Source: Candidatus Bathyarchaeota archaeon (GTDB taxonomy: Archaea; Thermoproteota; Bathyarchaeia; Bathyarchaeales; Bathycorpusculaceae). From it: 64,000 nt of DNA. Both the position numbers and the translations under genes were made by a program. Shown here piece after piece: positions 40,681 through 50,428 of this stretch (position 1 is its first letter; every line of letters starts with the position of its first letter). The notes beneath the pieces were generated by a model. It saw only the letters and a list, made by a program, of their open reading frames with translations. It did no database searches and had not been told where the DNA came from. The stretch lies in assembly GCA_963775685.1 (NCBI GenBank), contig CAVZJV010000005.1, positions 37,022 through 101,021 of the forward strand. The letters are read 5' to 3'.

Positions 40681-41214
40681 TTAGGTATACTTTTCCAAGA
40701 TTTCGCTGATTATATTCATGTTTCGAGTAGTTGCCTTCATTTTCAACTTTGACTCCAAAAAAGAATTAGGCAAAGCACCTTCGCCGCCACCGTGAGTCAC
40801 ACTAAAAACTTCAGTGCCCTTCGCCGAAATTACTTGCGCAGTGGATTTTGGAATTGTTAAGGGCAATTGAAGAGGGGAAGTGGTTGGCGCAGTTGCTAGA
40901 AAAGTCACCAGAAAACTTGCGCCTTCTCTGCTTTGACCTTTGAACTGGTCAAGATTGATTATGCCTTCGAGCTGGGAAAATGTCCGTACAAACACGGCAA
41001 CCGTGTATCCTAAGTCGTCAAAGAGTTTTTCTTCGATTTGGGCTTTCACTTCTTGAGAATCCGGAGAGTCAGCCTCAAAAACTACATTGCCGCTTTGTTT
41101 GTGAGTGGAAACGTTTTTGAAGCCTAAAGAAGTGAAGGCTTCTTTTAGTTTTTCTTTTACAACAATGTGTCCGCCCACATTGATTGCTCTCAGGAAAGCC
41201 ACAAAGCGATACAT
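40681..41214 (-). CDS. DUF1697 family protein
   Basis: MYRFVAFLRAINVGGHIVVKEKLKEAFTSLGFKNVSTHKQSGNVVF matches the DUF1697 N-terminal signature (LLRGINVGG...SGN). Confidence 0.8.
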   Translation of the reverse strand: MYRFVAFLRAINVGGHIVVKEKLKEAFTSLGFKNVSTHKQSGNVVFEADSPDSQEVKAQIEEKLFDDLGYTVAVFVRTFSQLEGIINLDQFKGQSREGASFLVTFLATAPTTSPLQLPLTIPKSTAQVISAKGTEVFSVTHGGGEGALPNSFLESKLKMKATTRNMNIISEILEKYT

Positions 41215-41368
41215 AAAAAACCAGTGAAAGGGCACGCTTATAAAAATTTGTTTTTAGCCATGTGTCAGCGGTTTGATGTTTTTTAACGAATACAATAGCT
41301 TTTTTAATCAACGTTTCACCCTTATTTTGCGGTGTATTAAAACGGAAGAAGCTGATGTCTGGACTCCC

Positions 41369-42382
41369 ATGGATGGAGACACGTTTGTTACAAAAGACGG
41401 TTTTATCATGAACACGTTTGGGTACGAGCACCCTGACGACAGAGTTTTCGCGTTCCTCAAATACATCCCCGCTCAATACAAGGGATTATTCGATGTTGAA
41501 ATGCTCACTAGGACATGGCGGTTTGGCACAAACCCGCTTACTAGCCAACTGTTCCGTGCAGAAAAACTCTACACCGCCAAAAACTACCAAACCTTCATCG
41601 AAGCCTTCCGCAAAACCTTCCCAAGTTACCTCTATTTTGACCAGACACGCGGCAAAGAACTCATAACTGCCCCACTAGACGCGATTGAACAGGTTTTCGT
41701 TCCCAAAGACCGCCTTGTTTGGCTCCAGACCCTTAAAAACCCAGATAGACTCCAAGCCATGTCACTTCGACTAATCGATTTAATCTCCAAAGAGTCAGGT
41801 GTCCCCTGCAGCGACCTGGGCATCCACGGCTCCATTGCCCTGGAAATGCATGCACCAGAATCAGACATCGACTTTGTCGTCTATGGCTCAAACAACTTCC
41901 GAGTTGTCGAAGATGCCATACAACGGCTCGTAAACGAAAACAAGCTCACCTACATCGCGGGCAACCGCATTGAAGCCGCGCGAAAGTTCGTGGGCAAGTA
42001 TCAGGGCAAAATCTGGATGTACAACGCAACCAAAAAACCCGAGGAAATCAAAACCCTTTATGGAGATTATACTTTCACCCCGCTAGCACAGCTCCGTTTT
42101 ACAGCAACCGTTTGCGACGAAACAGAAACCATGTATCGACCAGCAATCTACCGAATTAGCAACTATCAACCCCAAGACCAACAAAGCGAAATCAGCCTCG
42201 AACAAACCCCAACCATTGTGACCTCAAACATAGGTTGCTACCGAAACGTCGCAAGAGCAGGACAGCAAATTAAAGTTGCAGGAACACTGGAGAAAGCCCA
42301 AAGCACAAAAGACGGCAGCGTCTTCTACCAAGCCGTCGTGGGAACAGCCACCTCGGAAGAAGAGTACATATGGCCAATCTAA
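41369..42382 (+). CDS. Pol-beta-superfamily nucleotidyltransferase with N-terminal beta domain and C-terminal OB-like domain (paralog 1)
   Basis: [25 protein letters not shown] (G-S...D-x-D). The architecture is shared with 42370-43443 and 43440-44457. The ORF extends to 41273, but the paralog alignment favours the ATG at 41369. Confidence 0.7.
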   Translation: MDGDTFVTKDGFIMNTFGYEHPDDRVFAFLKYIPAQYKGLFDVEMLTRTWRFGTNPLTSQLFRAEKLYTAKNYQTFIEAFRKTFPSYLYFDQTRGKELITAPLDAIEQVFVPKDRLVWLQTLKNPDRLQAMSLRLIDLISKESGVPCSDLGIHGSIALEMHAPESDIDFVVYGSNNFRVVEDAIQRLVNENKLTYIAGNRIEAARKFVGKYQGKIWMYNATKKPEEIKTLYGDYTFTPLAQLRFTATVCDETETMYRPAIYRISNYQPQDQQSEISLEQTPTIVTSNIGCYRNVARAGQQIKVAGTLEKAQSTKDGSVFYQAVVGTATSEEEYIWPI

Positions 42383-43443
42383 AACTGCGTGATCGCGATG
42401 CCATCCAAACCGCAGAAGGCATAATTTTCCGTGTCTTCGGTTATAGCCACCCACAAAACTCCTACATATGCGACGCGGAATACGCCTCATCCAAAATTTT
42501 TCATTCAAAAGATCCACGTGCACCAAGAACAGGAAGAAGGGAACTCTTCTACAAATTCTACAACGACGAAGGCATGAAACTCGTCACCGAAAAATACCCA
42601 CATTACCTTGTTTTGCATGAGATGCTGGGCCTAAAAATCGTTGGAGTACCACGTAATTTAATTGCACAAGCTAGACGACCGCAGCCTCGCCTACAAGAAC
42701 TACTTAAAGCAGGACCAACGGATTCACTGCTGGCAGCGATGGAACATGTTCTGGATTTAGCAACTCAAAAATCAGGAGTAACCGCCAAAAGTTTCGGGGT
42801 CTTCGGCTCGATGCTACATGGATTCCACCACCCAAAGTTCTCTGACATAGATTTTACCATTTACGGTAAAACTGAAAATGTCAAAATGTGCCAAACCATG
42901 GCAGAATTATACGCTGACAACAGTTCAGGTTTAAGAAACGAGTTTGAATCCAACGATGCGATGAAGGGCAAAGATTGGCGATTCAAAAATTTTGATGTTG
43001 AAGATTTTGTTTGGCATCAGCGTCGCAAAATGATTTATGGCCTATACGACGACACCAAACACAGCGGCAGGGTAATAAAAGCCGAATTTGAACCCGTGAA
43101 AGCTTGGAGTGAAATCAAAAACGAATACGACCCACAAGCACACATCATGCAGAAAGGCTGGGTTAAACTAAAAGCCCGCGTCACCAAGGACGATGAGGCA
43201 CCTTTTATTCCATCAATCTATGGTATCGAGCCCATTGAAGTTTTGGCTGGTCCTAAGGAGGCGCTTAAAGTGATACGGATTTTCTCATACATGGAAGAGT
43301 TCAGGCAGCAGACAAAAAAAGACGAAACCGTGATCGTTGAGGGCAACCTAGAAGAAGTACAGTTGCCAGTGGGAAGCTTTTGGCAGATAACGTTGACCTA
43401 TTGCCCATGCTACTACGAACAGGTCCTTAAAGTGTTGCACTAA
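42370..43443 (+). CDS. Pol-beta-superfamily nucleotidyltransferase+OB-like protein (paralog 2)
   Basis: [26 protein letters not shown]. The N-terminus ([21 protein letters not shown]) aligns with paralog 1. There is a 13-nt overlap with paralog 1. Confidence 0.7.
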   Translation: MANLKLRDRDAIQTAEGIIFRVFGYSHPQNSYICDAEYASSKIFHSKDPRAPRTGRRELFYKFYNDEGMKLVTEKYPHYLVLHEMLGLKIVGVPRNLIAQARRPQPRLQELLKAGPTDSLLAAMEHVLDLATQKSGVTAKSFGVFGSMLHGFHHPKFSDIDFTIYGKTENVKMCQTMAELYADNSSGLRNEFESNDAMKGKDWRFKNFDVEDFVWHQRRKMIYGLYDDTKHSGRVIKAEFEPVKAWSEIKNEYDPQAHIMQKGWVKLKARVTKDDEAPFIPSIYGIEPIEVLAGPKEALKVIRIFSYMEEFRQQTKKDETVIVEGNLEEVQLPVGSFWQITLTYCPCYYEQVLKVLH

Positions 43444-44457
43444 TGCAGAAGCACCATGTAATCGGACGGCTTGCTACCAATAATTAGGCGGTAATGTTCA
43501 CGCCCGCTTTTCTTGGCGGTTACAAGCTCCACTTTTCCCTGTGCCTCAACTTTTTCGTCTACTACCGCTTGTTCACAGAATCTACCGCGAAAAGAAACGA
43601 TTTCCTCGATTGGCGCCAATTTGGGTCCTTCAACAGTTGCCACTTCATGGAACTTGTAAGAGCAGGGCGTGAATAGTGAATCGGATGCATCAGCTATCTT
43701 GGCGGTTATTTTTGCGTAGCCACTATTGCTATAGCACACCTCGCCATACTGCTCGATAGTTTCAGCCCAATCTTTCACGAAGCGTATGAAGTAGTCCGTG
43801 CCCATGAACATGCCCTGGAAAGCTTTGCGGCTTTCGACTAAAACAAAGTCTTCGAAGCTCATCTGGGTATCCTTCGAACGGAAATCGAAGAGAGTCTGGA
43901 GCTCCTCACTGGCTGTAGGGTTTGAATCCTGAATCCTCCTCTTTTAGCAGTTCCTTCAGGGCAACGTAAGCTTTGTGGCTGTTCTTTACGCCGTAAACCA
44001 GCGGGTCGATATCTGATTTCTCAGTTGTTAAACCCGCCATTATCGAACCAGAAATGCCAATCGCACTCCATGAGATCCCTGCTTTTTCTTTTAACGCTGT
44101 CGCAAGATGTAGCCCTTTGCTTTCTAAGGCATTGAGGGTTTTGGATTTGCGCAATTCTGCAAGTTTCTCGGTCGGCAGATAATGTTCAGCTATTTGCTCT
44201 ATGGGGACCTCACACATTGTCTCCCCAAACACAGGGTCAAAAATGATGAGGTCTGGATGGTTCTTCCGCAAGTACTCGAATCGGTCGCTTAGGCTGTAAA
44301 CTTTGCCATAAAGCCCATCTTTGCTCCTTCGTATGCCTTCAGGCGAAGGGATGAAACGGGGAAACGCGACGATCTTGTTTGGTGGATGAACCAGGCCTTT
44401 AACATCGAAAACTACATTGCTTTTGGTTTTGACCAGGTCGCCTTCGCGTGCAATCAT
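43440..44457 (-). CDS. Pol-beta-superfamily nucleotidyltransferase+OB-like protein (paralog 3), frame broken near 43905-43915
   Basis: The N-terminal fragment 43906-44457 carries IGISGSIMAGLTTEKSDIDPLVYG. The C-terminal fragment 43440-43862 aligns with the paralog C-termini. The downstream frame stays open upstream of its ATG (EELQTLFDFRSKDTQ-MSFEDFV) and aligns with paralog 2 ([13 protein letters not shown]). Confidence 0.65.
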
Positions 44458-44528
44458 GTCAATCAGGGCTTGTAGTTTTCAAAACTTTAATAAACCTTTT
44501 TAAAACCACATAGAGTCGGAGCATTCCG

Positions 44529-45476
44529 ATGAGCAACTGCAAAAAAGCCCAGCACATTTCAAAGTGCCTTCAGCTGGCGATAATGCTTGAAGTCAGCGCC
44601 CAAAAACCAGGCAACGTCAGCTTCACCTCCAGCTTTGAAAAAACAAGGGTGGAGCATTTTTTGGCTTCAGCGGTTGCAGCGGGACCAAATTTTCAGGAAG
44701 CAGCATATCTTGGAACAAAAGTCGCAGAGAAGAGGCTTGATGCTGGCAAAGTTGGAGTGGGGCAACTTATCAAAGACTGCGCATTAGATGTTAAGGCTTG
44801 GCAGAGGGGCGGAAACACAATCTTAGGCACCGTTATGCTTTTTATTCCCATTGCAGTTGCCGCAGGAATGACACCTACAAAGGAAAATTACGCCTTTAAT
44901 TTCTTTGAGATACGCAAAAACATCGATTTAGCAGTTAAATCAACCACAGCTTGGGATTCGGTTCATCTCTACGAAGCTGTTGATATCGCGAGCCCAAGTG
45001 GACTTGGCGAGGCACCAGACCTTGATGTTTCTGATCCTGCGTCTAAAGAAAGGTTGCTAACAGATAATATTGGGTTGTTTGAGGTTTTCAAAATCGCCCA
45101 AGGATACGACGACATATGCTACGAATGGGTCAACAACTACTCCATAACCTTTGACTTATCATACCCATATCTGATGAAACAACTTGAAAACAAGCCCCTT
45201 AACAATGCGGTCGTCCACACTTTCCTTAAAATCCTCTCAGAGCGCGCCGACACCTTCATCGCCCGCAAAGTTAGCAAACAAAAAGCTCTTGAAGTCTCAC
45301 AAGAGGCAAAGGCAATTTTGGCGATAGGAGGCTTAGACACCGCTGAAGGGAAAAATAGCCTCACTGAGTTTGATCGGACCCTTCGCTCATCTGGCAACTC
45401 CTGCAATCCAGGCACTACAGCAGACCTAACCGCGGTGGCATTGGCACTCTGTACCCTAAGCGGATACAGACCATAA
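44529..45476 (+). CDS. CitG/MdcB-like triphosphoribosyl-dephospho-CoA synthase family protein (archaeal COG1767 type)
   Basis: LEVSAQKPGNVSF...RVEHFLASAVAA and a C-terminal NPGTTADL match the family pattern (PKPGxV ... F..SA ... NPGT.AD). Confidence 0.75.
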   Translation: MSNCKKAQHISKCLQLAIMLEVSAQKPGNVSFTSSFEKTRVEHFLASAVAAGPNFQEAAYLGTKVAEKRLDAGKVGVGQLIKDCALDVKAWQRGGNTILGTVMLFIPIAVAAGMTPTKENYAFNFFEIRKNIDLAVKSTTAWDSVHLYEAVDIASPSGLGEAPDLDVSDPASKERLLTDNIGLFEVFKIAQGYDDICYEWVNNYSITFDLSYPYLMKQLENKPLNNAVVHTFLKILSERADTFIARKVSKQKALEVSQEAKAILAIGGLDTAEGKNSLTEFDRTLRSSGNSCNPGTTADLTAVALALCTLSGYRP

Positions 45477-45548
45477 CATTCCATTAACTCTGACGGTACC
45501 TTTAATATTTAAAAACCCGCCTGTAAAAGTACTCTAAGGTGAACGTTT

Positions 45549-46514
45549 ATGGGTAAAGCACTTAGCATAAACCAAATGGCTTGGAATATAGCGCAAAAAT
45601 TTATCGATAACCCTGAATTCTACTGTGTTACAGTTTCAAAATCGGCTGCTGGAGCCACAATCATCGATTCAGGCGTAAATGCCCCAGGCGGCTTTCAAGC
45701 AGGGAAAAAACTAACTGAACTTTGTCTAGGCGGCGCCGGCAAAGCGCAATTGGGCTTCAAAACTTATGGCGACCTAACTTTCCCATCCATCACTGTTACC
45801 TCAGATCATCCAGCGATTGCCATGTTGGGCTCTCAGTTTGCAGGGTGGCGCATCAAAGAACCAGACGGCTCCATAGCCATAGGTTCAGGTCCCATCCGCG
45901 CCCTTGCGCTTAAACCCAAAGACATTTTCGAAGAGATAGCCTACAAGGACATAAGCGACAAAGCTGTCATCACACTGGAAAGCAACGTTTTACCTTCTGA
46001 CGCGCTCATAGAAAAAGTGACAACTACCAGCGGTGTCTCAGCGCAGAACCTGATTGCAGTTGTCGCTCCAACCGCAAGCATCGCAGGCTTAACTCAAGTT
46101 GCGGGTAGAGTAGTTGAAGTGGGCATCCATAAACTCCGTACTCTTGGTTTAAGCTCAAAGGTTATTCGTTATGCGATGGGTTACTGTCCAATTCCACCCG
46201 TTGGCATGGACTTTGAGGTTGCTATGGCAAGAACCAACGACACCATACTCTATGGTGGAACAGTCTATCTCACAGTTGACTTTGACGATGAAGTTGCGCT
46301 TCAAAACATTATCAACCAAGCACCATCAATGGCTTCCAAAGATTACGGCAAGCCGTTCCTGCAGATTTTCCGCGAAGCCGACAAAGACTTCTACAAAATC
46401 GACCATGGCTTATTCGCCCCCGCTTTTTTAATGATTAATAATGCAAAAACAGGCAAAACTTTCAAAGCGGGAAAAATAAACCCTAAGGTACTGGCAGAAT
46501 CCTTAGGATTCTAA
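45549..46514 (+). CDS. mch: methenyltetrahydromethanopterin cyclohydrolase
   Basis: Full-length resemblance to Mch: TIIDSGVNAPGGFQAGKKLTELCLGG, AIAMLGSQFAGW, IGSGPIRALA and ILYGGTVYL. Confidence 0.9.
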   Translation: MGKALSINQMAWNIAQKFIDNPEFYCVTVSKSAAGATIIDSGVNAPGGFQAGKKLTELCLGGAGKAQLGFKTYGDLTFPSITVTSDHPAIAMLGSQFAGWRIKEPDGSIAIGSGPIRALALKPKDIFEEIAYKDISDKAVITLESNVLPSDALIEKVTTTSGVSAQNLIAVVAPTASIAGLTQVAGRVVEVGIHKLRTLGLSSKVIRYAMGYCPIPPVGMDFEVAMARTNDTILYGGTVYLTVDFDDEVALQNIINQAPSMASKDYGKPFLQIFREADKDFYKIDHGLFAPAFLMINNAKTGKTFKAGKINPKVLAESLGF

Positions 46515-46521
46515 ATTTTCT

Positions 46522-47157
46522 TCATTTTTGTGTTGGAACCGGACATTTTTCTACCTGTGGCATCGTTATATGCAGGACTTTTTGAACCCTGTGTGCAATC
46601 AACCAGCCTATCGGAATTGTATACAGCGCAAGAGTTGCGTTGAAGAAGGCGGCAAATGGTAGATATGCAATTGTTAATGCTTGGTCGAAGCCGAAGCTTT
46701 TGAAGCCTATTGGTGCTTCCTGAGGAAGCGCAAAGTATAGAACAAGTGACATGAATGCCACCCTGGTTAAGATCCCTAAGGTTGTTGCGACTGCCGCCCA
46801 TTTGGCTTTAGAGAGTATATTCGTGTCTGGGTTTTTTGAGCAGAAAAATCTTTTGCCTAATGCTACCGCAGCAAAAATTCCAACTTGCATGGATAAGGTT
46901 GCGGCGAGGTTGTAGATTGGACCTGTAGGTAAGGCGCCGGGGAAGATTGCGAATAAGACAGCGGTATTCAAGAGTGATACTCCTATTCCGGCTACTGGGC
47001 TGATTATTAGGAATGCGATTACTATGGGGATTTCCCATATTTGATAGATGAGCCCTTGCGCGAAGGGTGCAGCAAAGCTGATGTAGGTAAATGTTGGGTT
47101 TAGGGCTATTGCTAGGGCTGCGAAGACGATTGTTAGTGACAGCTTTTTAGTGTCCAA
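46522..47157 (-). CDS. integral membrane protein, ECF-transporter S-component-like
   Basis: 211 aa with about 6 TM helices. The N-terminus (KKLSLTIVFAALAIALNP) is reminiscent of S components. The assignment is tentative. Confidence 0.45.
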   Translation of the reverse strand: MDTKKLSLTIVFAALAIALNPTFTYISFAAPFAQGLIYQIWEIPIVIAFLIISPVAGIGVSLLNTAVLFAIFPGALPTGPIYNLAATLSMQVGIFAAVALGKRFFCSKNPDTNILSKAKWAAVATTLGILTRVAFMSLVLYFALPQEAPIGFKSFGFDQALTIAYLPFAAFFNATLALYTIPIGWLIAHRVQKVLHITMPQVEKCPVPTQK

Positions 47158-47295
47158 GATGTTTTCCTCTTAGGCTTGTTTTAACAGTTGTTACCTATTT
47201 AAGAGTAGCTACCCAAAATAGAGTACAAAATTGTGTACAAATCGGGCTAAAATTGATAAACAAGCCAACAAATAAAGTAGTACAGTGAAGCAGTA

Positions 47296-48549
47296 TTGAC
47301 TGAAACAACCCTACAGTTCTCATCCTCAGACGAAGTGAAACGTTGGCTTGAAAACCAAACTAGCTCAATCCTCACACCTGTACATGCCCAAGCCAAAAAA
47401 CTACGTGACGAAATGAATTTTTCCCTTCAAACTGTTGCAGATGTTAGCAGGCAGCTTTTTGACACCAGTTCAAAAGAGATAGAAAAAAGGAACATGAAAG
47501 TTTACAACCGCGCTAGAGCCTTAAACAAATTAGCCCGATTATTTCTCGATCGACTCAAAAAACTCAGTCCTCCCGATCAAGTCTCCTATGAGAGTATGAG
47601 TAGGTATGTTCAGGAAACACAAAAAGTCCTATTGGTAACGGATATAGACATTAAAAATTGGTTTCCAAGAATCTCACCCTTCTTCATCATGGATAGAAGG
47701 AAATTCTTAGCCGTTTATGAGCGTGCCAAACAAGCATACAACACCCTAAACGACTACGTCACCAAGGAATATATCAAAACTAAAACCTTGGAAGAAGCTC
47801 TCCAGCAAATAAACGAGCTTCAAAACATAGAAAAACAGTTAATTGCCTATGGCGAAGATAAGGAAAACCTAAGAAATGAGCGTAAGCCAATCGAGCAGGA
47901 CATCGATACTTTAGAGGAAAAAATAAACGAACTAACAAGCAAAGGACCAATCGACAAACTCAATATGGTAACCTGTGAGATTGAATCCTTAAGCAACGAG
48001 TTAAAGCATGATCTTAGGCACTTGCAGAAGCCTTTCATCAAAATGCAAGCCTTAGCCACTGGAGGCGGCGGAGGAGGAATAACACCCGACGAACTAAACA
48101 AGATCAGCCAGTACCTTGAGAAGCCCTTTGACGCATTGGTATCAGAGAAACCGGGTTATCCCCTGCTTAAAGAGATTCTGCAGAGACTTGAAGAGCTATT
48201 AGCAGAGGATAAGCTAAAGTTGAAACCTGACAAGGCACGGAAAGCGACAGATTCTGTGGTTGAGATTCTGCATAAGGATTCTTTAGTGAAGCTGCAACTA
48301 AGGTGCATAGAGATGGCGACGAATAAAGACCAGTTGCTAGCGTCATCGAGAATGGATGAAATAAATCAAACCCTGGCGCAATTCCAAGAACAAGTAAACC
48401 TTCTAAAAGTCAGAAAAACAAGCGTAGAAACACATGAAATCGTAAAAGAAAACGCTTACAAAGAAACAGAGGACAAAATCAACAACCTAAAACGCACAAT
48501 CGAGAAAAACATCTACAGTTCAATCGACAAAAAAATCCAGATAACATAG
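47296..48549 (+). CDS. 417-aa coiled-coil protein with a central Gly6 hinge
   Basis: Long heptad-like K/E/L/Q-rich stretches. GGGGGG is encoded at 48061-48078. TTG start. No enzymatic motif. Confidence 0.6.
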   Translation: MTETTLQFSSSDEVKRWLENQTSSILTPVHAQAKKLRDEMNFSLQTVADVSRQLFDTSSKEIEKRNMKVYNRARALNKLARLFLDRLKKLSPPDQVSYESMSRYVQETQKVLLVTDIDIKNWFPRISPFFIMDRRKFLAVYERAKQAYNTLNDYVTKEYIKTKTLEEALQQINELQNIEKQLIAYGEDKENLRNERKPIEQDIDTLEEKINELTSKGPIDKLNMVTCEIESLSNELKHDLRHLQKPFIKMQALATGGGGGGITPDELNKISQYLEKPFDALVSEKPGYPLLKEILQRLEELLAEDKLKLKPDKARKATDSVVEILHKDSLVKLQLRCIEMATNKDQLLASSRMDEINQTLAQFQEQVNLLKVRKTSVETHEIVKENAYKETEDKINNLKRTIEKNIYSSIDKKIQIT

Positions 48550-48897
48550 CTTCCAAAAGTAATTTTCTTTAATCTTTTTTTGGAAGATTTTGCCTTTTTG
48601 ATGATTTTAGGGGTGTCTTGATTCCCGTTGATAGAGTTGGACGAGGAAGAACGTGGTTGAGAAGCCTGTTAAAGCTTGTACTGGTTGTAAAAACAAAATT
48701 ATGTATGCGAATGTTAACTGAGCAACATTATTCTAAGTCAGTTTGTTCACTTTCCCATATTAATCAGCTTCAAACGTCAAAACCAAATTATGCTAAGTCC
48801 TGTTTCTCCAATTCTACGTAAATAAAGCAGAATCAGCATGCTTTTATTGAACTGGCAACTATCCAATAACAAAAACCTCGTTGCGAAGGCAAAAAGG

Positions 48898-50427
48898 ATG
48901 GCTGAACTCAGAACCCAAGAACAACAACTCCTCTCGGCATTGGAGACGCTTGGCGGAAACGCAACCGTTGACCAACTAATCCAAGCCTGCGGAATTCAAG
49001 ATTCAGCCGTGATGCGCAACGCCCTAACGCTGCAAGAAAAAAACTTTGTAGCCATCCACGCAAAAATTCAAACCATCATCAAATTAACTCCAGAGGGCGA
49101 AAAATACGCCAAAAATGGCTTACCTGAACGAAACCTAATCCTGGCTACCGCACAACTTGGCGGAACCGCAGACCTAAAAGAAGCGGCAGAAAAAGCTGGG
49201 CTCAAGGATCAGTTTGTTCAGATTGCACTTGGTTGGGTTATTAGAAAAAAATGGGCAATTTTCACGCCGCAAAGCAATACACTTCATATAACTGAATTAT
49301 TGCTGCACCAAACAGTTATCCCCGAAGGATGCGACGAAACCCTCCTAAAACATTTGCAGACAAAAAAGCAAGAACCCCAAGAAGACCTAAGCTTGGAACT
49401 TCAACAAGCAACTGAACAACTTAAAAAAAGAAAACTCCTAACCGTTGAGCCGAAAACTACACGCACTCTCCAAATCACCGCAGAAGGCAAAAAAACAGCC
49501 GCTGTAGCCACAATCGCGCCCCAAGAAGTCACCCAGTTGACCCCAGAACTCATAATTACAGGCAAATGGAAAAAGGTTAAGCTGCAAAAATATAACATAG
49601 AAGCGCCAGTGGCAAAAACTTTTTCTGGAAAGAAACATCCTTACTTGCAGTTTCTTGACGAGGTTCGTGCTAAACTGGTCCAGTTAGGTTTTCAGGAAAT
49701 GATTGGAACTGCTGTTGAAACGGCATTCTTCAATTTTGACGCGCTTTATGTGCCACAGGACCATCCAGCTCGGGAACCCTCAGATATATACTACATTAAA
49801 GATCCGCAGTGTGGCGAATTAGCAAAACATGCTCAGGCACTCGAAAACGTAAAAGAGACACATGAAAATGGCTGGAAAACGGGTTCTACAGGTTGGGGAT
49901 ACAACTACTCTCTTGGAGCTGCCCAACGTTTGCTGCTTCGTGGACACGGCACATGTCTTAGCGCAAGAACTCTTGAAGCAAAAAAGTTTGAGGCCCCTAG
50001 CAAACACTTCTCAATTGCAAGGGTTTACCGACCCGAAATAACGGACAAAACGCACCTCTCAGAATTTAATCAGGTCGAAGGCATCGTAATCGACAAAAAC
50101 CTCAACCTAAAAGACCTGCTTGGCGTGTTAGGAAAGTTTGCCAAGGAAATAGCCGGAGCAGAAAAAATCCGCTTCAAACCCGACTATTTCCCCTTCACTG
50201 AACCTAGCGTAGAACTCAGCGCTTACAAGGAAGGTTACGGCTGGGTGGAATTTGGCGGTTCAGGGATTTTCCGTCCCGAAGTCACCTTGCCACTAGGAGT
50301 TAAGGAGCCTGTGATTGCCTGGGGACTTGGCGTTGACCGCCTTTTCATGATGCGTGCGGGCATTGAGGATATACGCATGATTTTTAGCCAAGACCTCAAT
50401 TGGCTACGGAAAAAACAGGTGACTTAG
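48898..50427 (+). CDS. pheS: phenylalanine--tRNA ligase alpha subunit (archaeal type)
   Basis: N-terminal winged-helix repeats, then class II motifs (PQDHPAREPSDIYY; LRGHGTCLSAR; FRPDYFPFTEPSVE; GSGIFRPEV...WGLGVDR). The ATG at 48898 has an AAGG-type SD-like sequence, and the ORF extends upstream to 48838. Confidence 0.9.
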   Translation: MAELRTQEQQLLSALETLGGNATVDQLIQACGIQDSAVMRNALTLQEKNFVAIHAKIQTIIKLTPEGEKYAKNGLPERNLILATAQLGGTADLKEAAEKAGLKDQFVQIALGWVIRKKWAIFTPQSNTLHITELLLHQTVIPEGCDETLLKHLQTKKQEPQEDLSLELQQATEQLKKRKLLTVEPKTTRTLQITAEGKKTAAVATIAPQEVTQLTPELIITGKWKKVKLQKYNIEAPVAKTFSGKKHPYLQFLDEVRAKLVQLGFQEMIGTAVETAFFNFDALYVPQDHPAREPSDIYYIKDPQCGELAKHAQALENVKETHENGWKTGSTGWGYNYSLGAAQRLLLRGHGTCLSARTLEAKKFEAPSKHFSIARVYRPEITDKTHLSEFNQVEGIVIDKNLNLKDLLGVLGKFAKEIAGAEKIRFKPDYFPFTEPSVELSAYKEGYGWVEFGGSGIFRPEVTLPLGVKEPVIAWGLGVDRLFMMRAGIEDIRMIFSQDLNWLRKKQVT

Positions 50428-50428
50428 A

